From Eledone cirrhosa (Eukaryota): DNA of 64,000 nucleotides. Location of the stretch: the NCBI GenBank assembly GCA_964016885.1, contig OZ024744.1, positions 135,904,001 through 135,968,000 on the forward strand, read 5' to 3'. Of the stretch, positions 13,501 to 26,800 are shown piece by piece. A program made the position numbers and the translations under genes. Numbering within the stretch: position 1 is the first letter of the stretch; each line of letters opens with the position of its first letter. Below the pieces are notes generated by a model. That model had not been told where the DNA came from and did not search any database. It worked only from the letters and a program-made list of their open reading frames with translations.

Positions 13501-16500
13501 AAGAATCAGATGTAGTGTGTAGGAGAGGAGACTGTGTTTGTATAGACATGTGATGTGTATGGATGAACTGAGAGAGAAACTAGGTTTAAGAGGAATCAGA
13601 TGTAGGAGAGGAGACTGTGTTAGTAGAGACATGGAATGTGTATGTATGAACTGAGAAAGAAACTAGGTATAAGACGAATCAGATGTAGGAGAGGAGACTG
13701 TTAGTATAGACATGGGATGTGTATGGATGAACTGAGAGAGAAACTAGGTATAAGAGGAATCAGATGTAGGAGAGGAGACTGTGTTGGTATAGACATGTGA
13801 TGTGTATGGATGAACTGAGAGAGAAACTAGGTATAAGAGGAATCAGATATAGTGTGTAGGAGAGGAGACTGTGTTGGTATAGACATGTGATGTGTATAGA
13901 TGAACTGAGAGAGAAACTAGTTATAAGAGGAATCAGATGTAGGAGAGGTGATTGTGTGGGTATAGACAGGGGATGTGTATAGATGAACTGAGAGAGAAAC
14001 TAGGTTTAACAGGAATCAGATGTAGTGTGTAGGAGAGGAGACTGTGTTGGTATAGACATGTGATGTGTATGGATGAACTGAGAGAGAAACTAGGTATAAG
14101 AGGAATCAGATGTAGTGTGTAGGAGAGGAGACTGTGTTGGTATAGACATGTGATGTGTATGGATGAAGTGAGAGAGAAACTAGGTATGAGAAGAATCAGA
14201 TGTAGTGTGTAGGCGAGGAGACTGTTTGTATCGACATGTGATGTGTATGTATGAACTGGGAGAGAAACTAGGTATAAGAGGAATCAGATGTAGGAGAGTT
14301 CATTGTGTTGGTATAGACATGGGATGTGTATAGATGAACTGAGAGAGAAACTAGGTTTAAGAGGAATCAGATGTAGGAGAGGAGACTGTGTTTGTATAGA
14401 CATGTGATGTGAATGGATGAACTGACAGAGAAACTAGGTATAAGAGGAATCAGATGTAGGAGAGGAGACTGTTAGTATAGACATGGGATGTGTATGGATG
14501 AACTGAGAGAGAAACTAGGTATAAGAGGAATCAGATGTAGGACAGGAGACTGTGTTGGTATAGACAGGGGATGTGTATGGATGAACTAAGAAAGAAACTA
14601 TGAATAACAGGAATCAGATGTAGTGTGTAGGAGAGGAGACTGTGTTTGTATAGACATGTGATGTGTATGGATGAACTGAGAGAGAAACTAGTTATAAGAG
14701 GAATCAGATGTAGGAGAGGTGATTGTGTGGGTATAGACAGGGGATGTGTATGGATGAACTGAGAGAGAAACTAGGTTTAACAGGAATCAGATGTAGTGTG
14801 TAGGAGAGGAGACTGTGTTGGTATAGACATGTGATGTGTATGGATGAACTGAGAGATAAACAAGGTAAAAGAGGAATCAGATGTAGTGTGTAGGAGAGGA
14901 GACTGTGTTGGTATAGATATGTGATGAACAGAGATAAACAAGGTATAAGAGGAATCAGATGTAGTGTGTAGGATAGGAGACTGTGTTTGTATAGACATGG
15001 GATGTGTATGGATGAACTGAGAGAGAAACTAGGTATAAGAGGAATCAGATATAGGAGAGGAGACTGTGTTGGTATAGACATGTGATGTGTATGGATGAAC
15101 TGAGAGAGAAACTAGGTATAAGAGGAATCAGATGTAGGAGAGGAGACTGTGTTGGTATAGACATGTGATGTGTATGGATGAACTGAGAGAGAAACTAGGT
15201 ATAAGAGGAATCAGATGTAGGAGAGGAGACTGTGTTGGTATAGACATGTGATGTGTATGGATAAACTGAGAGAGAAACTAGGTATATATAGGAATCAGAT
15301 GTAGTGTGTAGGAGAGGAGACTGTGTTGGTATAGACATGTGATGTGTAATGATGAACTGAGAGAGAAACTAGGTATAAGAGGAATCAGATGTAGTGTGTA
15401 GGAGAGTAGACTGTGTTGGTATAGACATGGGATGTGTATGGATGAAGTGAGAGGGAACCTAGGTATAAGAAGAATCAGATGTAGTGTGTAGGAGAGGAGA
15501 CTGTTTGTATAGACATGTGATGTGTATGGATGAACTGAGAGAGAAACTAGGTATAAGAGGAATCAGATGTAGTGTGTAGGAGAGGAGACTGTGTTGGTAT
15601 AGGCATGTGATGTGTATGGATAAACTGAGAGAGAAACTAGGTATAAGAGGAATCAGATGTAGTGTGTAGGAGAGGAGACTGTGTTGGTATAGACATGTGA
15701 TGTGTATGGATGAAGTGAGAGAGAAACTAGGTATGAGAAGAATCAGATGTAGTGTGTAGGAGAGGAGACTGTTTGTATAGACATGTGATGTGTATGTATG
15801 AACTGGGAGAGAAACTAGGTATAAGAGGAATCAGATGTAGGAGAGGTGATTGTGTTGGTATAGACATGGGATGTGTATAGATGAACTGAGAGAGAAACTA
15901 GGTTTAAGAGGAATCAGATGTAGGAGAGGAGACTGTGTTTCTATAGACACGTGATGTGTATGGATGAACTGAGACAGAAACTAGGTTTAAGAGGAATCAG
16001 ATGTAGGAGAGGAGAATGTGTTAGTAGAGACATGGAATGTGTATGGATGAACTGAGAAAGAAACTAGGTATAAGAGGAATCAGATGTAGGAGGGGAGACT
16101 GTGTTATTATAGACATGGGATGTGTATGGATGAACTGAGAGAGAAACTAGGTATAAGAGGAATCAGATGTAGTGTGTAGGAGAGGAGACTGTGTTGGTAT
16201 AGACATGGGATGTGTATGGATGAAGTGAGAGGGAAACTAGGTAGGAGAAGAATCAGATGTAGTGTGTAGGAGAGGGGACTGTTTGTATAGACATGTGATG
16301 TGTATGGATGAACTGAGAGAGAAACTAGGTATAAGAGGAATCAGATGTAGTGTGTAGGAGAGGAGACTGTGTTGGTATAGACATATGATGTGTATGGATG
16401 AAGTGAGAGAGAAACTAGGTATGAGAAGAATCAGATGTAGTGTGTAGGAGAGGAGACTGTTTGTATAGACATGTGATGTGTATGGATGAACTGAGAGAGA

Positions 16501-19500
16501 AACTAGGTATAAGAAGAATCAGATGTAGTGTGTAGGAGAGGAGACTGTTTGTATAGACATGTGATGTGTATGGATGAACTGGGAGAGAAACTAGGTATAA
16601 GAGGAATCAGATGTAGGAGAGGTGATTGTGTTGGTATAGACATGGGATGTGTATAGATGAACTGAGAGAGAAACTAGGTTTAAGAGGAATCAGATGTAGG
16701 AGAGGAGACTGTGTTTGTATAGACATGTGATGTGTATGGATGAACTGAGAGAGAAACTAGGTTTAAGTGGAATCAGATGTAGGAGAGGAGACTGTGTTAG
16801 TAGAGACATGGAATGTGTATGGATGAACTGAGAAAGAAACTAGGTATAAGACGAATCAGATGTAGGAGAGGAGACTGTTAGGATAGACATGGGATGTGTA
16901 TGGATGAACTGAGAGAGAAACTAGGTATAAGAGGAATCAGATGTAGGAGAGGAGACTGTGTTGGTATAGACATGTGATGTGTATGGATGAACTGAGAGAG
17001 AATCTAGGTATAAGAGGAATCAGATAGAGTGTGTAGGAGAGGAGACTGTGTTGGTATAGACATGTGATGTGTATAGATGAACTGAGAGAGAAACTAGTTA
17101 TAAGAGGAATCAGATGTAGGAGAGGTGATTGTGTGGGTATAGACAGGGGATGTGTATAGATGAACTGAGAGAGAAACTAGGTTTAACAGGAATCAGATGT
17201 AGGAGAGGAGACTGTTTGTATAGACATGTGATGTGTATGGATGAACTGAGAGAGAAACTAGGTATATATAGGAATCAGATGTAGTGTGTAGGAGAGGAGA
17301 CTGTGTTGGTATAGACATGTGATGTGTATGGATGAACTGAGAGAGAAACTAGGTATAAGAGGAATCAGATGTAGTGTGTAGGAGAGGAGACTGTGTTGGT
17401 ATAGACATGTGATGTGTATGGATGAAGTGAGAGAGAAACTAGGTATGAGAAGAATCAGATGTAGTGTGTAGGAGAGGAGACTGTTTGTATAGACATGTGA
17501 TGTGTATGTATGAACTGGGAGAGAAACTAGGTATAAGAGGAATCAGATGTAGGAGAGGTGATTGTGTTGGTATAGACATGGGATGTGTATAGATGAACTG
17601 ACAGAGAAACTAGGTTTAAGAGGAATCAGATGTAGGAGAGGAGAATGTGTTAGTAGAGACATGGAATGTGTATGGATGAACTGAGAGAGAAACTAGGTAT
17701 AAGAGGAATCAGATGTAGGAGAGGAGACTGTTAGTATAGACATGGGATGTGTATGGATGAACTGAGAGAGAAACTAGGTATAAGAGGAATCAGATGTAGG
17801 AGAGGAGACTGTTAGTATAGACATGGGATGTGTATGGATGAACTGAGAGAGAAACTAGGTATAAGAGGAATCAGATGTAGGAGAGGAGACTGTGTTGGTA
17901 TAGACATGTGATGTGTATGGATGAACTGAGAGAGAAACTAGGTATAAGAGGAGTCAGATGTAGTGTGTAGGAGAGGAGACTGTGTTGGTATAGACATGTG
18001 ATGTGTATGGATGAACTGAGAGAGAAACTAATTATAAGAGGGATCAGATGTAGGAGAGGTGATTGTTTGGGTATAGACATGGGAGGTGTATAGATGAACT
18101 GAGAGAGAAACTAGGTATAAGAGGAATCAGATGTAGTGTGTAGGATAGGAGACTGTGTTGGTATAGACATGTGATGTGTATGGATGAAATGAGAGAGAAA
18201 CTAGGTATAAGAGGAATCAGATGTAGTGTGTAGGAGAGAAGACTGTGTTTGTATAGACATGGGATGTGTATGGATGAAGTGAGAGGGAAACTAGGTATAA
18301 GAAGAATCAGATGTAGTGTGTAGGAGAGGAGACTGTTTGTATAGACATGTGATGTGTATGGATGAACTGAGAGAGAAACTAGGTATAAGAGGAATCAGAT
18401 GTAGTGTGTAGGAGAGGAGACTGTGTTGGTATAGGCATGTGATGTGTATGGATAAACTGAGAGAGAAACTAGGTATAAGAGGAATCAGATGTAGTGTGTA
18501 GGAGAGGAGACTGTGTTGGTATAGACTTATGATGTGTATGGATGAAGTGAGAGAGAAACTAGGTATGAGAAAAATCAGATGTAGTGTGTAGGAGAGGAGA
18601 CTGTTTGTATAGACATGTGATGTGTATCGATGAACTGAGAGAGAAACTAGGTATAAGAAGAATCAGATGTAGTGTGTAGGAGAGGAGACTGTTTGTATAG
18701 ACATGTGATATGTATGGATGAACTGGGAGAGAAACTAGGTATAAGAGGAATCAGATGTAGGAGAGGTGATTGTGTTGGTATAGACATGGGATGCGTATAG
18801 ATGAACTGAGAGAGAAACTAGGTTTAAGAGGAATCAGATGTAGGAGAGGAGACTGTGTTTGTATAGACATGTGATGTGTATGGATGAACTGAGAGAGAAA
18901 CTAGGTTTAAGAGGAATCAGATGTAGGAGAGGAGACTGTGTTAGTAGAGACATGGAATGTGTATGGATGAACTGAGAAAGAATCTAGGTATATGAGGAAT
19001 CAGATGTAGGAGAGGAGACTGTTAGTATAGACATGGGATGTGTATGGATGAACTGAGAGAGAAACTAGGTATAAGAGGAATCAGATGTAGGAGAGGAGAC
19101 TGTGTTGGTATAGACATGTGATGTGTATGGATGAACTGAGAGAGAAACTAGGTATAAGAGGAATCAGATATAGTGTGTAGGAGAGGAGACTGTGTTGGTA
19201 TAGACATGTGATGTGTATAGATGAACTGAGAGAGAAACTAGTTATAAGAGGAATCAGATGTAGGAGAGGTGATTGTGTGTGTATAGACAGGGGATGTGTA
19301 TAGATGAACTGAGAGAGAAACTAGGTTTAACAGGAATCAGATGTAGTGTGTAGGAGAGGAGACTGTGTTGGTATAGACATGTGATGTGTATGGATGAACT
19401 GAGAGAGAAACTAGGTATAAGAGGAATCAGATGTAGTGTGTAGGAGAGGTGACTGTGTTAGTATAGACATGTGATGAACTGAGAGAGAAACTAGGTATAA

Positions 19501-20297
19501 GAGGAATCAGATGTAGTGTGTAGGAGAGGAGACTGTGTTGGTATAGACATGTGATGAACAGAGATGAACTGAGAGAGAAACTAGGTATAAGAGGAATCAG
19601 ATGTAGTGTGTAGGAGAGGAGACTGTCTTGCTATAGACATGTGATGTGTATAGATGAACTGAGAGAGAAACTAGGTATAAGAGGAATCAGATGTAGTGTG
19701 TAGGAGAGGAGACTGTGTTGGTATAGACATGTGATGTGTAATGATGAACTGAGAGAGAAACTAGGTATAAGAGGAATCAGATGTAGTGTGTAGGAGAGGA
19801 GACTGTGTTGGTATAGACATGTGATGTGTATGGATGAACTGAGAGAGAAACTAGGTATAAGAGGAATCAGATGTAGTGTGTAGGAGAGGAGACTGTGTTG
19901 GTATAGACATGTGATGTGTATGGATGAACTGAGAGAGAAACTAGGTATAAGAGGAATCAGATGTAGTGTGTAGGAGAGAAGATTGTGTTTGTATAGACAT
20001 GGGATGTGTATGGATGAAGTGAGAGGGAAACTAGGTATAAGAAGAATCAGATGTAGTGTGTAGGAGAGGAGACTGTTTGTATAGACATGTGATGTGTATG
20101 GATGAACTGAGAGAGAAACTAGGTATAAGAAGAATCAGATGTAGTGTGTAGGAGAGGAGACTGTGTTGGTATAGACATGTGATGTGTATGGATGGACTGG
20201 GAGAGAAACTAGGTATAAGAGGAATCAGATGTAGGAGAGGTGATTGTGTTGGTATAGACATGGGATGTGTATAGATGAACTGAGAGAGAAACTAGGT
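1576..20297 (+). repeat. Higher-order tandem duplication, unit 9,349 bp (about 1,576-10,948 and 10,925-20,297)
   Basis: ORF-track pairs 3264/12613, 5355/14704, 8522/17871 and 10682/20031 share offset 9,349. Rare variant monomers recur in the same order, with only a few differences (e.g. 4389-4390, 5386, 8537, 10174). Confidence 0.93.
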
Positions 20298-23200
20298 TTA
20301 AGAGGAATCAGATGTAGGAGAGGAGACTGTGTTTGTATAGACATGTGATGTGTATGGATGAACTGAGAGAGAAACTGGGTTTAAGAGGAATCAGATGTAG
20401 GAGAGGAGACTGTGTTAGTAGAGACATGGAATGTGTATGGATGAACTGAGAAAGAAACTAGGTATATGAGGAATCAGATGTAGGAGAGGAGACTGTTAGT
20501 ATAGACATGGGATGTGTATGGATGAACTGAGAGAGAAACTAGGTATAAGAGGAATCAGATGTAGGAGAGGAGACTGTGTTGGTATAGACATGTGATGTGT
20601 ATGGATGAACTGAGAGAGAAACTAGGTATAAGAGGAATCAGATATAGTGTGTAGGAGAGGAGACTGTGTTGGTATAGACATGTGATGTGTATAGATGAAC
20701 TGAGAGAGAAACTAGTTGTAAGAGGAATCAGATGTAGGAGAGGAGACTGTGTTGGTATAGACAGGGGATGTGTATAGATGAACTGAGAGAGAAACTAGGT
20801 TTAACAGGAATCAGATGTAGTGTGTAGGAGAGGAGACTGTGTTGGTATAGACATGTGATGTGTATGGATGAACTGAGAGAGAAACTAGGTATAAGAGGAA
20901 TCAGATGTAGTGTGTAGGAGAGGTGACTGTGTTAGTATAGACATGTGATGAACTGAGAGAGAAACTAGGTATAAGAGGAATCAGATGTAGTGTGTAGGAG
21001 AGGAGACTGTGTTGGTATAGACATGTGATGAACAGAGATGAACAAGGTATAAGAGGAATCAGATGTAGTGTGTAGGAGAGGAGACTGTGTTGGTATAGAC
21101 ATGTGATGTGTAATGATGAACTGAGAGAGAAACTAGGTATAAGAGGAATCAGATGTAGTGTGTAGGAGAGGAGACTGTGTTGGTATAGACATGTGATGTG
21201 TATGGATGAACTGAGAGAGAAACTAGGTATAAGAAGAATCAGATGTAGTGTGTAGGAGAGGAGACTGTTTGTATAGACATGTGATGTGTATGGATGAACT
21301 GGGAGAGAAACTAGGTATAAGAGGAATCAGATGTAGGAGAGGTGATTGTGTTGGTATAGACATGGGATGTGTATAGATGAACTGAGAGAGAAACTAGGTT
21401 TAAGAGGAATCAGATGTAGGAGAGGAGACTGTGTTAGTAGAGACATGGATTGTGTATGGATGAACTGAGAAAGAAACTAGGTATAAGAGGAATCAGATGT
21501 AGGAGAGGAGACTGTTAGTATAGACATGGGATGTGTATGGATGAACTGAGAGAGAAACTAGGTATAAGAGGAATCAGATGTAGGAGAGGAGACTGTGTTG
21601 GTATAGACATGTGATGTGTATGGATGAACTGAGAGAGAAACTAGGTATAAGAGGAATCAGATGTAGTGTGTAGGAGAGGAGACTGTGTTGGTATAGACAT
21701 GTGATGTGTATGGATGAACTGAGAGAGAAACTAGTTATAAGAGGAATCAGATGTAGTGTGTAGGAGAGGTGACTGTGTTAGTATAGACATGTGATGAAGT
21801 AAGAGAGGAACTAGGTATAAGAGGAATCAGATGTAGTGTGTAGGAGAGGAGACTGTGTTGGTATAGACATGTGATGAACAGAGATGAACAAGGTATAAGA
21901 GGAATCAGATGTAGTGTGTAGGAGAGGGGACTGTGTTGGTATAGACATGTGATGTGTAATGATGAACTGAGAGAGAAACTAGTTATAAGAGGAATCAGAT
22001 GTAGTGTGTAGGAGAGGAGACTGTGTTGGTATAGACATGTGATGTGTATGGATGAAGTGAGAGGGAAACTAGGTATAAGAGGAATCAGATGTAGTGTGTA
22101 GGAGAGAAGACTGTGTTTGTATAGATATGTGATGAACAGAGATAAACAAGGTATAAGAGGAATCAGATGTAGTGTGTAGGATAGGAGACTGTGTTTGTAT
22201 AGACATGGGATGTGTATGGATGAACTGAGAGAGAAACTAGGTATAAGAGGAATCAGATATAGGAGAGGAGACTGTGTTGGTATAGACATGTGATGTGTAT
22301 GGATGAACTGAGAGAGAAACTAGGTATAAGAGGAATCAGATGTAGGAGAGGAGACTGTGTTGGTATAGACATGTGATGTGTATGGATAAACTGAGAGAGA
22401 AACTAGGTATATATAGGAATCAGATGTAGTGTGTAGGAGAGGAGACTGTGTTGGTATAGACATGTGATGTGTAATGATGAACTGAGAGAGAAACTAGGTA
22501 TAAGAGGAATCAGATGTAGTGTGTAGGAGAGTAGACTGTGTTGGTATAGACATGGGATGTGTATGGATGAAGTGAGAGGGAACCTAGGTATAAGAAGAAT
22601 CAGATGTAGTGTGTAGGATAGGAGACTGTGTTGGTATAGATATGTGATGTGTATGGATGAAATGAGAGAGAAACTAGGTATAAGAGGAATCAGATGTAGT
22701 GTGTAGGAGAGAAGACTGTGTTTGTATAGACATGGGATGTGTATGGATGAAGTGAGAGGGAAACTAGGTATAAGAAGAATCAGATGTAGTGTGTAGGAGA
22801 GGAGACTGTTTGTATAGACATGTGATGTGTATGGATGAACTGAGAGAGAAACTAGGTATAAGAGGAATCAGATGTAGTGTGTAGGAGAGGAGACTGTGTT
22901 GGTATAGGCATGTGATGTGTATGGATAAACTGAGAGAGAAACTAGGTATAAGAGGAATCAGATGTAGTGTGTAGGAGAGGAGACTGTGTTGGTATAGACA
23001 TATGATGTGTATGGATGAAGTGAGAGAGAAACTAGGTATGAGAAAAATCAGATGTAGTGTGTAGGAGAGGAGACTGTTTGTATAGACATGTGATGTGTAT
23101 GGATGAACTGAGAGAGAAACTAGGTATAAGAAGAATCAGATGTAGTGTGTAGGAGAGGAGACTGTTTGTATAGACATGTGATATGTATGGATGAACTGGG

Positions 23201-23880
23201 AGAGTAACTAGGTATAAGAGGAATCAGATGTAGGAGAGGTGATTGTGTTGGTATAGACATGGGATGCGTATAGATGAACTGAGAGAGAAACTAGGTTTAA
23301 GAGGAATCAGATGTAGGAGAGGAGACTGTGTTTGTATAGACATGTGATGTGTATGGATGAACTGAGAGAGAAACTAGGTTTAAGAGGAATCAGATGTAGG
23401 AGAGGAGACTGTGTTAGTAGAGACATGAAATGTGTATGGATGAACTGAGAAAGAATCTAGGTATATGAGGAATCAGATGTAGGAGAGGAGACTGTTAGTA
23501 TAGACATGGGATGTGTATGGATGAACTGAGAGAGAAACTAGGTATAAGAGGAATCAGATGTAGGAGAGGAGACTGTGTTGGTATAGACATGTGATGTGTA
23601 TGGATGAACTGAGAGAGAAACTAGGTATAAGAGGAATCAGATATAGTGTGTAGGAGAGGAGACTGTGTTGGTATAGACATGTGATGTGTATAGATGAACT
23701 GAGAGAGAAACTAGTTATAAGAGGAATCAGATGTAGGAGAGGTGATTGTGTGTGTATAGACAGGGGATGTGTATAGATGAACTGAGAGAGAAACTAGGTT
23801 TAACAGGAATCAGATGTAGTGTGTAGGAGAGGAGACTGTGTTGGTATAGACATGTGATGTGTATGGATGAACTGAGAGAG

Positions 23881-26800
23881 AAACTAGGTATAAGAGGAAT
23901 CAGATGTAGTGTGTAGGAGAGGTGACTGTGTTAGTATAGACATCTGATGAACTGAGAGAGAAACTAGGTATAAGAGGAATCAGATGTAGTGTGTAGGAGA
24001 GGAGACTGTGTTGGTATAGACATGTGATGAACAGAGATGAACTGAGAGAGAAACTAGGTATAAGAGGAATCAGATGTAGTGTGTAGGAGAGGAGACTGTC
24101 TTGCTATAGACATGTGATGTGTATAGATGAACTGAGAGAGAAACTAGGTATAAGAGGAATCAGATGTAGTGTGTAGGAGAGGAGATTGTGTTGGTATAGA
24201 CATGTGATGTGTAATGATGAACTGAGAGAGAAACTAGGTATAAGAGGAATCAGATGTAGTGTGTAGGAGAGGAGACTGTGTTGGTATAGACATGTGATGT
24301 GTATGGATGAACTGAGAGAGAAACTAGGTATAAGAGGAATCAGATGTAGTGTGTAGGAGAGGAGACTGTGTTGGTATAGACATGTGATGTGTATGGATGA
24401 ACTGAGAGAGAAACTAGGTATAAGAGGAATCAGATGTAGTGTGTAGGAGAGAAGATTGTGTTTGTATAGACATGGGATGTGTATGGATGAAGTGAGAGGG
24501 AAACTAGGTATAAGAAGAATCAGATGTAGTGTGTAGGAGAGGAGACTGTTTGTATAGACATGTGATGTGTATGGATGAACTGAGAGAGAAACTAGGTATA
24601 AGAAGAATCAGATGTAGTGTGTAGGAGAGGAGACTGTGTTGGTATAGACATGTGATGTGTATGGATGGACTGGGAGAGAAACTAGGTATAAGAGGAATCA
24701 GATGTAGGAGAGGTGATTGTGTTGGTATAGACATGGGATGTGTATAGATGAACTGAGAGAGAAACAAGGTTTAAGAGGAATCAGATGTAGGAGAGGAGAC
24801 TGTGTTGGTATAGACATGTGATGTGTATGGATGAACTGAGAGAGAAACTAGGTATAAGAGGAATCAGATGTAGTGTGTAGGAGAGGAGACTGTGTTGGTA
24901 TAGACATGTGATGTGTATGGATGAACTGAGAGAGAAACTAGTTATAAGAGGAATCAGATGTAGTGTGTAGGAGAGGTGACTGTGTTAGTATAGACATGTG
25001 ATGAAGTGAGAGAGGAACTAGGTATAAGAGGAATCAGATGTAGTGTGTAGGAGAGGAGACTGTGTTGGTATAGACATGTGATGAACAGAGATGAACAAGG
25101 TATAAGAGGAATCAGATGTAGTGTGTAGGAGAGGGGACTGTGTTGGTATAGACATGTGATGTGTAATGATGAACTGAGAGAGAAACTAGTTATAAGAGGA
25201 ATCAGATGTAGTGTGTAGGAGAGGAGACTGTGTTGGTATAGACATGTGATGTGTATGGATGAAGTGAGAGGGAAACTAGGTATAAGAGGAATCAGATGTA
25301 GTGTGTAGGAGAGAAGACTGTGTTTGTATAGATATGTGATGAACAGAGATAAACAAGGTATAAGAGGAATCAGATGTAGTGTGTAGGATAGGAGACTGTG
25401 TTTGTATAGACATGGGATGTGTATGGATGAACTGAGAGAGAAACTAGGTATAAGAGGAATCAGATATAGGAGAGGAGACTGTGTTGGTATAGACATGTGA
25501 TGTGTATGGATGAACTGAGAGAGAAACTAGGTATAAGAGGAATCAGATGTAGGAGAGGAGACTGTGTTGGTATAGACATGTGATGTGTATGGATGAACTG
25601 AGAGAGAAACTAGGTATAAGAGGAATCAGATGTAGGAGAGGAGACTGTGTTGGTATAGACATGTGATGTGTATGGATAAACTGAGAGAGAAACTAGGTAT
25701 ATATAGGAATCAGATGTAGTGTGTAGGAGAGGAGACTGTGTTGGTATAGACATGTGATGTGTAATGATGAACTGAGAGAGAAACTAGGTATAAGAGGAAT
25801 CAGATGTAGTGTGTAGGAGAGTAGACTTTGTTGGTATAGACATGGGATGTGTATGGATGAAGTGAGAGGGAACCTAGGTATAAGAAGAATCAGATGTAGT
25901 GTGTAGGATAGGAGACTGTGTTGGTATAGACAAGTGATGTGTATGGATGAAATGAGAGAGAAACTAGGTATAAGAGGAATCAGATGTAGTGTGTAGGAGA
26001 GAAGACTGTGTTTGTATAGACATGGGAGGTGTATGGATGAAGTGAGAGGGAAACTAGGTATGAGAAGAATCAGATGTAGTGTGTAGGAGAGGAGACTGTT
26101 TGTATAGACATGTGATGTGTATGGATGAACTGAGAGAGAAACTAGGTATAAGAGGAATCAGATGTAGTGTGTAGGAGAGGAGACTGTGTTGGTATAGGCA
26201 TGTGATGTGTATGGATAAACTGAGAGAGAAACTAGGTATAAGAGGAATCAGATGTAGTGTGTAGGAGAGGAGACTGTGTTGGTATAGACATATGATGTGT
26301 ATGGATGAAGTGAGAGAGAAACTAGGTATGAGAAAAATCAGATGTAGTGTGTAGGAGAGGAGACTGTTTGTATAGACATGTGATGTGTATGGATGAACTG
26401 AGAGAGAAACTAGGTATAAGAAGAATCAGATGTAGTGTGTAGGAGAGGAGACTGTTTGTATAGACATGTGATATGTATGGATGAACTGGGAGAGAAACTA
26501 GGTATAAGAGGAATCAGATGTAGGAGAGGTGATTGTGTTGGTATAGACATGGGATGCGTATAGATGAACTGAGAGAGAAACTAGGTTTAAGAGGAATCAG
26601 ATGTAGGAGAGGAGACTGTGTTTGTATAGACATGTGATGTGTATGGATGAACTGAGAGAGAAACTAGGTTTAAGAGGAATCAGATGTAGGAGAGGAGACT
26701 GTGTTAGTAGAGACATGGAATGTGTATGGATGAACTGAGAAAGAATCTAGGTATATGAGGAATCAGATGTAGGAGAGGAGACTGTTAGTATAGACATGGG